The notes beneath the pieces were generated by a model. That model worked only from the letters and a program-made list of their open reading frames with translations, was not told the origin of the DNA and made no database searches. Both the position numbers and the translations under genes were made by a program. A stretch of DNA of 64,000 bases from an uncultured Bordetella sp. (GTDB lineage: Bacteria; Pseudomonadota; Gammaproteobacteria; Burkholderiales; SG8-41), in NCBI GenBank assembly GCA_964486865.1, contig CAZAOZ010000010.1, forward strand, positions 6,255 to 70,254. Direction: 5' to 3'. Shown one piece after another: positions 1-7,267 of this stretch (position 1 is the stretch's first letter; each line of letters opens with the position of its first letter).

Positions 1-313
1 TCAGGTCGGGAAACAACGGACGATGCAGATAATTGGTGACGATCACCGCGGCAAACTGCCGGCCGGCATAAGGCCAGGGGGCCATTTCGATGTCGGCGCA
101 CAGCGCGTGTACGCAGGGCGTGCCCGCGAGAGCGGCAATGGCCGCCGCGTCGCGGTCAACGGCGTCCACCACGTGGCCCTGTGCAGCGAAAAGTCTGGAA
201 TGCCGCCCGCCGCCGCATGCGACATCAAGCACTGCGCCGCCCTTGCGTACCTGCCGCGCCCAGCGCTGCACCCACGCCGAAGGTTCCGCAACCGAAACAT
301 GTCCACCGTTCAT
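1..313 (-). CDS. class I SAM-dependent methyltransferase (N-terminal part; the gene runs off the left edge)
   Basis: Reverse-strand ATG at 313-311. Translation MNGGHVSVAEPSAWVQRWARQVRKGGAVLDVACGGGRHSRLFAAQGHVVDAVDRD... has the Gly-rich SAM motif I (VLDVACGGG) and the acidic motif (VDAVD). The frame stays open to position 1, so it is absent from the ORF track. Confidence 0.6.
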   Translation of the reverse strand, partial: MNGGHVSVAEPSAWVQRWARQVRKGGAVLDVACGGGRHSRLFAAQGHVVDAVDRDAAAIAALAGTPCVHALCADIEMAPWPYAGRQFAAVIVTNYLHRPLFPDL

Positions 314-422
314 GTGAGGTTCCTGCCGCCATTCCACGCATAAAATTTGCCGTATTCAAGCACATCCGCAGTGACTGCTGCCGTAACCCCGTGACCGGTC
401 ACGCTTGGGAACCTCTGAAGAA

Positions 423-563
423 CCGTAGCGAGCGGCGTGAGTGCAAGGAGCACGCCCCCCCCCAAGGGGACTTGCTTCGCGGCGCGCAGGAGCCGAGACA
501 TATCAAATAGATAGGCGAGGCTCCGAGCACCGCGCGACGCAGCAATCGCGCCGCGCAGTAGGT
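423..563. repeat. 141-bp structured intergenic repeat, copy A (REP/MITE-like)
   Basis: Aligns over its whole length, same orientation, with 1681..1821. Shared ends ccgtagcgagcggcg ... cgcgccgcgcagtaggt. Contains internal palindromes. Confidence 0.85.
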
Positions 564-681
564 TATTCAGAGGTTCACTTGCGCAACCACCGCAATTTCC
601 TCTAGGCTGTCTGCCACGGGCCGCAAAACAATAACATCGGTCGGCACAAAACCATCACAAGAACCAACCCGGAGGGGAATC

Positions 682-1656
682 ATGTTTGCACGTGTAGTGT
701 TGTCGCTGTTTTCGCTATTGATGCTTGCCGTCGCGGGCGGTGTGGCGGCGCAGGTGCAATACCCCGTAAAACCGGTACGCCTGGTCATCCCTTACCCGCC
801 GGGCGGCGGCACCGACATCCTGGGACGCCCGATCGCCCGGCTGCTGGGCGAGAAGCTGGGGCAAAGCATCCTCATTGACAATCGCGGCGGCGCTTCCGGC
901 ATGGTCGGGGCGGAAATCGCAGCGCGCAGCGCGCCCGACGGCTATACCGTGCTGATGAGCACTTCCGGCGAAGCAGCGCTCAATGTCGCGCTGTACCCGA
1001 AAATGAACTACGACCCGATCAGGGATTTCACGCCGGTGACCCAGGTCGGCGTGTCCCCGCTGGTGCTGGTCGCGCATCCTTCGCTGCCGGTCAGGAACGT
1101 CAAGGACTATGTCGCTCTGGCGAAAAAGAATCCGGGCTCGATCAGCTATTCGTCGATCGGCTCCGGCAGCGCGCAACACATGGCCGGGGAATGGATGAGG
1201 CTGCTGACCGGCATCGACATCACCCACATTCCGTACAAGGGCGGCGGACCGCAAATGACCGATCTGCTGGGCGGACACTCGCCCAGCGGCTTTCTCGCGC
1301 TGCCGGTCGCCGCGCCCAATATCAAGAACGGCCGCATCCGCGCGGTCGGCATGACTTCGGCAAAACGTTCGTCCGCCTTCCCCGATGTGCCGACATTCGC
1401 CGAATCCGGCATGCCGGGTTTCGAAGTCAGCCAGTGGTGGGCAATCCTGGTGCCGCGCGGCACACCGAACGACATCGTGGCCAGGCTGCACACTGAAATT
1501 TCCGCCATCGTCAAAACCGCGGAAATGAAGGGGCGCATGGCCGATCTGGGCGTCGATCCGGTCGGCGGCACACCGGAACAGCTCGGCGAACTGGTGCGCA
1601 CGGAAATCGCCAAGTACAGGAAAATCGTCGCCGACGCGAAGATCACCTTGAACTGA
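682..1656 (+). CDS. Bug-family (TctC-like) tripartite tricarboxylate transporter substrate-binding protein
   Basis: 324-aa ORF with signal peptide MFARVVLSLFSLLMLAVAGGVAAQ. Family-typical segments PVRLVIPYPPGGGTDILGR, DNRGGASG and IPYKGGGP. Confidence 0.9.
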   Translation: MFARVVLSLFSLLMLAVAGGVAAQVQYPVKPVRLVIPYPPGGGTDILGRPIARLLGEKLGQSILIDNRGGASGMVGAEIAARSAPDGYTVLMSTSGEAALNVALYPKMNYDPIRDFTPVTQVGVSPLVLVAHPSLPVRNVKDYVALAKKNPGSISYSSIGSGSAQHMAGEWMRLLTGIDITHIPYKGGGPQMTDLLGGHSPSGFLALPVAAPNIKNGRIRAVGMTSAKRSSAFPDVPTFAESGMPGFEVSQWWAILVPRGTPNDIVARLHTEISAIVKTAEMKGRMADLGVDPVGGTPEQLGELVRTEIAKYRKIVADAKITLN

Positions 1657-1680
1657 TCCGCAAACCCGTACAGCAAAGGA

Positions 1681-1821
1681 CCGTAGCGAGCGGCGTGAGG
1701 GCAAGGAGCCCGGCGCCCCCAAGGGGACTTGCTTCGCGGCGCGCAGGAATCGAGACATATCCGCTTGGATAGGCGAGATTCCGAGCACCGCGCGACGCCG
1801 CCATCGCGCCGCGCAGTAGGT
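1681..1821. repeat. 141-bp structured intergenic repeat, copy B
   Basis: Second copy of the 423..563 element. It ends 2 nt before the hss stop codon. Confidence 0.85.
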
Positions 1822-1823
1822 CC

Positions 1824-3320
1824 TCAGGTCACCCGGATGTTCTTGAACTGCCAGGGATCCGACATATCCAGATCTTCCGCAAACGGGTGATTGCGCCCCT
1901 GCAACGGCGTCCAGTCCGTATACACGCCGACCATCTTGCCGAGATACGGCGTCGCAATCTCCAGCACCCGCCGGTAATCCATGTCGTCCGGATCGATGAT
2001 GCCGGCATGCGGATTCTCCATGGCCCAGACCACCGCGCCGATCACGCCGGCAGCCACCTGCAGGCTGGTCGCGTTGTTGTACGGCGCGAGTTTGCGCGCT
2101 TCATGAATCGACAGCTGCGAGCCGTACCAGTACGCACCCTTTGCATGACCAAGCAGCAATGCGCCGAGCTCATCCATGCCGTCGGAAATCTCGTCACGAT
2201 ATAAACGTCGCTGCTCCTGACCGACCCAGTTGCGCCCCGCGAGCTCATGCACCGACAGCACCGTGTCGTCGCAGGGATGATAGGCATAATGGCAGGTCGG
2301 GCGATATACCACCTTGTCGCCGTCGCGCCCCCCAAGAGGACTTGCTTCGCTGCGCCCCCCAAGAGGACTTGCTTCGCTGCGCCCCCCAAGAGGACTTGCT
2401 TCGCTGCGCACCGTCAGGTAATCGGATATCGAAATCGCTTCGCCGTGCGTGATCAGGAAGCCGTGGAATGCGCCCTCGTTGGGCGTCCAGGTGCGCACGC
2501 GCACCGATGCGCCGGGCCGGTCCAGGTAAATCGCCGCCTTGCAGCCGAAATCATGTTCGCGACCCTCGGGCGGAAAATGTTTCTCGTGGCTGCCCCAGCC
2601 CAGTTCGCAGGGCTGCGAGCCTTCACCGATAAAACCGTCCACCGACCAGGTATTCACGAACTCGCCCCGCCGCTTGCGCGGTGAAGCCACCTGGGTGTCG
2701 CGCTCCGAGCAATGAATGCTCTTCACGCCGAGTTCCATGGCCAGTTGCGCCCAGCCGGCTTTCGACTGCGGAATCTCCTCACGACCCAGTATGTCGCGGG
2801 AAAGATTCACCAGCGCCTGCTTGACCCAGTGTGAAATCAGGCCGGGATTGGCGCCATTCGTGGGAATGACCGTCGGCCCCACCGGAAATTTTTTACGCAG
2901 CTCCAGCACTTCTTCGCGCTGCCCGTAATTGGAGCGGCGCGACGCTGATACCGACTGATCCGTGTATCCGCCGGCCCACGGCTCGATGCACGAGTCGAGG
3001 TAGAGCACGCCTTTTTCACAGCAGAATTCGATCAATGCGGCGCTCGCCACATCGACCGACAGATTGATCAGGAAGTCACCGCGTTCCAGCCGCGGATCGA
3101 GAACCGCGCGATAGTTCTCGCGCGTCAGCGGATTTATCTCGTAGCGAATGCCGAAAGATTCAGCTTCGGCGCGGCCACGATCATGAGCGGTAATGATCGA
3201 TATCCGCTCTTTCGGCATGTCGATATGGCGCAGCAGCAGCGGGAGTACGCCCTGCGCGACGGAACCGAAGCCGACGAAAACGATTTTTCCCGCGAATTTG
3301 AAGTGCTTTTTATCTGCCAT
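1824..3320 (-). CDS. hss: homospermidine synthase (bacterial type, saccharopine-dehydrogenase-like NAD fold)
   Basis: 498-aa ORF. N-terminal Rossmann motif KIVFVGFGSVAQG. Full-length resemblance to bacterial homospermidine synthases as I remember them (LINLSVDV, NGANPGLISHWVK, ITHGEAISISDYLT, YRPTCHYAYHPCDD). Carries an extra 3 x 9-aa insertion. Confidence 0.8.
   Translation of the reverse strand: MADKKHFKFAGKIVFVGFGSVAQGVLPLLLRHIDMPKERISIITAHDRGRAEAESFGIRYEINPLTRENYRAVLDPRLERGDFLINLSVDVASAALIEFCCEKGVLYLDSCIEPWAGGYTDQSVSASRRSNYGQREEVLELRKKFPVGPTVIPTNGANPGLISHWVKQALVNLSRDILGREEIPQSKAGWAQLAMELGVKSIHCSERDTQVASPRKRRGEFVNTWSVDGFIGEGSQPCELGWGSHEKHFPPEGREHDFGCKAAIYLDRPGASVRVRTWTPNEGAFHGFLITHGEAISISDYLTVRSEASPLGGRSEASPLGGRSEASPLGGRDGDKVVYRPTCHYAYHPCDDTVLSVHELAGRNWVGQEQRRLYRDEISDGMDELGALLLGHAKGAYWYGSQLSIHEARKLAPYNNATSLQVAAGVIGAVVWAMENPHAGIIDPDDMDYRRVLEIATPYLGKMVGVYTDWTPLQGRNHPFAEDLDMSDPWQFKNIRVT
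2325..2405. repeat. perfect 3 x 27-bp tandem repeat inside the hss coding sequence
   Basis: The unit gcgccccccaagaggacttgcttcgct occurs three times without mismatch. It is in frame and encodes (SEASPLGGR)x3 on the minus strand. Confidence 0.95.
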
Positions 3321-3716
3321 TTCATAAACTGGTGTTGTAGTTTTTCGGGAACCCGGAGTCTAGCAACTTTTGCAGGGCAAGCACAGCAACACCGGCGCGC
3401 CGCATCTGTGCAACAGCAATCATCGCCGCGCGCCTGTCGTGCAACACCGCGGCACGCGGCTGACCGCGCGCACCGCCCATTCGTCGCTGCGCTCAGCCGC
3501 CCTGCGGCGGTGACGAATGAGCAGCCGCCGCCACATCAGCAGAACATCCGGATGATTTTCACAACATATTGTTTTTATTAATTATTTTTATGATGTGCCG
3601 GACAATATCCGTTGCCAAGACACGTCAATGAAAGCGTTTGCATTCCGCCGTCGTTATAATCACGCAGATTTATCCGCTGTTCCGTCCGCGCAGAAAAGCA
3701 GTCGAAGGAGTCGTTC

Positions 3717-5156
3717 ATGTCTGCAGCAGAAGTTTCGGGCACCTCCGTTCCGGGCGCATCCACCGCAGCGCAAACGGTTGCCGCACTGGTCGCGCGCGCG
3801 CGCAAGGCGCAAGCCGCCATCGCACGCTACTCCCAGGTGCAGCTCGATGAACTGGTCACGGCGGCCGGCTGGGCGATCATGGAACCCGCGCGCAACAAAT
3901 TGCTGGCCGAAATCGCCGTACGCGACACCGGTCTCGGCAACGTCGCGGACAAGATCGACAAGAATCATCGCAAGACGCTGGGCCTGCTGCGCGACCTGCA
4001 GGGCGCGGTTTCCACCGGCGTGCTGGCCGAACACCCGGAACTGGGCATCACCGAGATCGCGCGACCGGTCGGCGTGGTCGCCGCCGTCGTGCCCTCGACC
4101 AATCCCGGCGCAACGCCCGCCAACAACATCATCAACGCATTGAAGTGCGGCAATGCCGTGATTCTGTCGCCCTCGCCCAAGGGTTATTCGACGGCGGCGA
4201 AACTGCTGGAATTCATCCATGCCGAATTCGCCCGCATCGGCGCGCCGGCCGATCTGGTGCAGACCCTGCCGCATCCGGTCACCAAGGAAAGTTCCAGCGA
4301 GCTGATGAAGCAATGCGATCTGGTGGTCGTCACCGGCTCGCAGGCCAATGTGCGCGCGGGCTACTCCAGCGGCACACCGGCGCTGGGCGTGGGCGCGGGC
4401 AACGTCGCGGTGATCATCGATGACAGCGCCGATTGCGAGGACGCCGCGCGGAAAATCATGCGCTCGAAGATTTTTGACAACGCAACGAGCTGCTCGTCGG
4501 AAAACAGCGTCATCATCCATGCCGCGGTTTATGAACGCATGCTAAAGGCGCTGACCGCTGCCGGCGGCGCGCTGCTGACTGCGGCGGAAAAGGAAACGCT
4601 GCAGAAAACCATGTTTCCCGGCGGCAAGCTGTCACCCGCCGTCACCGCGCAGAGCGTCGCGAAGATCTGTGCGGTAGCCGGGCTGGCGCGCCCGGAACTG
4701 GTCGGCGCCAGATGCCTGATGGTCGAGGAAACCGGCACCGGCAAAGCCGCGCCATTCTCCGGCGAAAAACTGTCGCCGGTGCTGGCCGTTTACAAGGCAC
4801 GTGATTTCGAGCACGCGTTTGCCGCGCTGCGCGCGATCTACGACTATCAGGGCGACGGCCACTCCTGCGGCATCCACACCACAAACAACGAACACATCCG
4901 CCGGCTGGGCATGGAAATGACCGTCTGCCGCGTGATCGTCAACCAGGCCCACGCCATCGCCAACGGCGGCAGCTTCGACAACGGCCTGCCGTTCTCGCTG
5001 ACCATGGGCTGCGGCACCTGGGGCGGCAACAGTTTTTCCGAAAACCTGAACTACCGGCATTTCATGAACACCACGCGCATCGTGCGCCCCATCCCGCCGC
5101 GCGAGCCGACGGTGGACGACATCTTCGGCGCTTACCGGAAAAAATACGGCGCTTAA
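3717..5156 (+). CDS. CoA-acylating aldehyde dehydrogenase (EutE/SauS-like)
   Basis: 479-aa ORF with GGAG Shine-Dalgarno upstream. ALDH-superfamily blocks VVPSTNPGATP, GVGAGNV and a catalytic-Cys region FDNATSCSSENS typical of the acylating subgroup. Confidence 0.8.
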   Translation: MSAAEVSGTSVPGASTAAQTVAALVARARKAQAAIARYSQVQLDELVTAAGWAIMEPARNKLLAEIAVRDTGLGNVADKIDKNHRKTLGLLRDLQGAVSTGVLAEHPELGITEIARPVGVVAAVVPSTNPGATPANNIINALKCGNAVILSPSPKGYSTAAKLLEFIHAEFARIGAPADLVQTLPHPVTKESSSELMKQCDLVVVTGSQANVRAGYSSGTPALGVGAGNVAVIIDDSADCEDAARKIMRSKIFDNATSCSSENSVIIHAAVYERMLKALTAAGGALLTAAEKETLQKTMFPGGKLSPAVTAQSVAKICAVAGLARPELVGARCLMVEETGTGKAAPFSGEKLSPVLAVYKARDFEHAFAALRAIYDYQGDGHSCGIHTTNNEHIRRLGMEMTVCRVIVNQAHAIANGGSFDNGLPFSLTMGCGTWGGNSFSENLNYRHFMNTTRIVRPIPPREPTVDDIFGAYRKKYGA

Positions 5157-5168
5157 AACAACCCCTTA

Positions 5169-5273
5169 GCCACAGAGGTCACAGAGATCACAGAGAACTG
5201 CAAAACCAGAGCCTCACGATAACCAAATATTTTTAACCTTGATTTTCTCTGTGCTCTCTGTGTCCTCTGTGGC
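5169..5273. repeat. 29-bp imperfect inverted repeats built from CACAGAG 9-mers, 47-bp spacer
   Basis: Left arm gccacagaggtcacagagatcacagagaa (5169-5197). Right arm ttctctgtgctctctgtgtcctctgtggc (5245-5273). The arms are reverse complements with 2 mismatches. Confidence 0.85.
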
Positions 5274-5293
5274 CCGCTTTTGACTTTCAGTCT

Positions 5294-6826
5294 TTGGCCA
5301 CCATGCGCACCATCCGCCATTACGTTGATATCCGCGCCGCGGAGCAACCCGCCGCGCCGTTTCTGATCGCCCCCGAAACCGGCGCGGTGATGAGTTACGC
5401 GCAACTGCAGCGTGATTCGCGCGAACTCGGTCGCTACCTGCTCGGCCTGGGGCTCAACAAAGGCGACAAGGTCGCGCTGATGCTGCACAACGGCTACCAG
5501 ACCGGCCGCCTGCTGATCGGTGTGATGTACGCGGGTTTCACGGTGGCTCCGCTGAACCTGCTGGCGCAGCCCTCGCAACTCGCTTACGTGCTCGAACATT
5601 CCGATACGCGCGCGGTGTTCACCAGCAGCGAATTCACCGAACGGCTGAAGACCGCGCTTGCCGGCATTGACCGCAAAATTACAGTCATTACCATAGACCC
5701 CGATGCGACAGGGATTTTCGACCGGGCCGCATTGCCCGACGTAGCGCTGCCGGACATGCAGTTACCAAACGTCAGGGAAGCCGACGATGCCATGCTGATG
5801 TACACCTCGGGCACCACCGGCAAACCCAAGGGCTGCATGCTGTCGCAGCGCAGCGTCTGCGCCGGCGGCGAATACACCAGCGCGGCGCACGAACTCACCG
5901 CCGCCGACCGCGTGCTGTGCGCCATGCCGCTGTACCACATCAACGGCCAGATCGTCACCGCCGTCGCCCCGCTGGTCCACGGCGGCAGCGTGGTCATGCC
6001 CCACCGCTTCAGCGTCAGCAATTACTGGAATCTGGTCGTGCAATACCAATGCACGTGGATCAACGTGGTGCCGACCATGATTGCCTACCTGCTCAACGCG
6101 CCGGATCCGCGCGACCACGAACTCGATATTTCCCGTGTCAGGTTCTGCCGCTCGGCCTCCGCACCCCTGCCGCCGGAACTGCACCGCGCCTTCGAAGACC
6201 GCTTCGGCATCGGCATCATCGAAACTTTCGGCATGACCGAAACCAACGCGCCCTGCTTCACCAATCCCATAGACCCGGCCAGGCGCAAGATCGGCAGCCC
6301 CGGCACGGCCTTCGGCAACGAAGCCAGGGTGATCGACCCTGCCACCGGCGCCACGCAGCCGGCAGGCGTGGTCGGCGAACTGATGGTACGCGGCGACAAC
6401 GTGATGACCGGTTATTACAAGGACGCGGAGAACACCGCCAGAACGCTGGAGCCCGACGGCTGGATGCACACCGGCGACCTGGGTTACATGGACGCAGACG
6501 GTTTTGCGTTCGTCACCGGCCGCATCAAGGAACTGATCATCAAGGGTGGCGAAAACATCGCGCCGCGTGAAATCGACGAAGCATTGCTGAAACATCCCGC
6601 GGTACTCGAAGCCGCGGCAGTCGGCATTCCCGACGCCAATTACGGGCAGGACATCATGGCCTGTGTGGTGCTGAAGCCCGGCGCGGAATGTTCGGTGGAA
6701 GCGCTCGCCGGGTTTGCACAGCGGGAACTCGGCAAATACAAGACGCCTAAGATCATCAGGTTTGTAAGCGAACTGCCCAAGGGCCCGTCGGGCAAGGTGC
6801 AGCGGCTGAAGCTGCTGGAAGGCTGA
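5294..6826 (+). CDS. AMP-forming acyl-CoA synthetase/ligase (ANL superfamily)
   Basis: 510-aa ORF with AMP-binding signature MYTSGTTGKPKG, plus TGDLGYMDADG and the C-terminal GKVQR lysine motif. The track start is TTG 5294; ATG 5303 is an alternative. Confidence 0.9.
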   Translation: MATMRTIRHYVDIRAAEQPAAPFLIAPETGAVMSYAQLQRDSRELGRYLLGLGLNKGDKVALMLHNGYQTGRLLIGVMYAGFTVAPLNLLAQPSQLAYVLEHSDTRAVFTSSEFTERLKTALAGIDRKITVITIDPDATGIFDRAALPDVALPDMQLPNVREADDAMLMYTSGTTGKPKGCMLSQRSVCAGGEYTSAAHELTAADRVLCAMPLYHINGQIVTAVAPLVHGGSVVMPHRFSVSNYWNLVVQYQCTWINVVPTMIAYLLNAPDPRDHELDISRVRFCRSASAPLPPELHRAFEDRFGIGIIETFGMTETNAPCFTNPIDPARRKIGSPGTAFGNEARVIDPATGATQPAGVVGELMVRGDNVMTGYYKDAENTARTLEPDGWMHTGDLGYMDADGFAFVTGRIKELIIKGGENIAPREIDEALLKHPAVLEAAAVGIPDANYGQDIMACVVLKPGAECSVEALAGFAQRELGKYKTPKIIRFVSELPKGPSGKVQRLKLLEG

Positions 6827-6871
6827 CGCTCCGCGCGTCAGAACGGTGGGCACGCTAACGCTTTGCCCACC
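6823..6871. terminator. two GC hairpins between convergent genes (candidate bidirectional terminator)
   Basis: ctgacgc-tccgc-gcgtcag (6823-6841) and ggtgggca-N11-tgcccacc (6845-6871). They lie between the ligase stop and the PII-like gene stop. Confidence 0.5.
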
Positions 6872-6893
6872 CTTGTATATCTACGCTGGCTGT

Positions 6894-7241
6894 TTATCGC
6901 GAGTTGCTTTGAGGCCAGAACTCCTCAGGCGTTGCCTCGGATTGCGTGCGGATCAAGAATAATTTTTCGATCGGAACAACAGCAACGACCCCATCGCCGG
7001 GCAAGCCGGTGTGAGAGGCTTCCATAATCGCTGCTGTTATGGTTTCCACCTCGTCTTTTCGGGTGATAATTTCAAGCTTGACTTCCTCGACCATCCAGTT
7101 ACGCGAGAAGAAGTCGTGATATTCACCATATCCTTTTACCTTTGTAACGTTAATGCGCTCAACACCTGTTCCCTTAAGCTTCTGTTCGACCGATTCCAGC
7201 TTGTCACTCCGGATGATGGCAATAATCAGTTTAATGTCCAT
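6894..7241 (-). CDS. PII-superfamily protein with shortened T-loop (PII-NG-like), trailing gene of the cus operon
   Basis: Translation from ATG 7241 (GAGGAG 6 nt upstream): MDIKLIIAIIRSDKLESVEQKLKGTGVERINVTKVKGYGE...GLPGDGVVAVVPIEKLFLIRT. It has the GlnB-like beta-alpha-beta layout but lacks the canonical T-loop Tyr region. GC content is lower than the neighbours. Confidence 0.75.
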   Translation of the reverse strand: MDIKLIIAIIRSDKLESVEQKLKGTGVERINVTKVKGYGEYHDFFSRNWMVEEVKLEIITRKDEVETITAAIMEASHTGLPGDGVVAVVPIEKLFLIRTQSEATPEEFWPQSNSR

Positions 7242-7267
7242 GGCGTGCTCCTCTCGGTTTTCCATTT

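Noticed and set aside
715-1788. 357-aa ORF antisense to the Bug-family gene. Similar long antisense or out-of-frame ORFs occur at 3660..4520, 5762..6853, 7296..8549, 9179..10150, 10338..12059, 39613..41517, 44786..46189, 54147..56831 (894 aa), 57997..58905 and elsewhere.
   Set aside because: These are typical shadow ORFs of a GC-rich genome. Their translations are Arg/Ala/Gly/His-rich low-complexity strings with no recognisable motifs, and each fully overlaps a gene with strong family signatures on the other strand or frame.
2325-2405. Possible mini-CRISPR array or other spaced repeat.
   Set aside because: The three 27-bp units are directly adjacent with no spacers. They lie in frame inside a conserved enzyme gene, and there are no cas genes in the window.
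3321-3716. A missing regulator or small RNA in the 396-bp gap between divergent hss and the aldehyde dehydrogenase gene. This includes an 8-bp-stem hairpin cattcgtc...gacgaatg at about 3478-3521 and an AT-rich block at about 3570-3600.
   Set aside because: There is no ORF with coding character or recognisable motif and no known riboswitch consensus that I could identify by eye. It is most simply a divergent promoter region.
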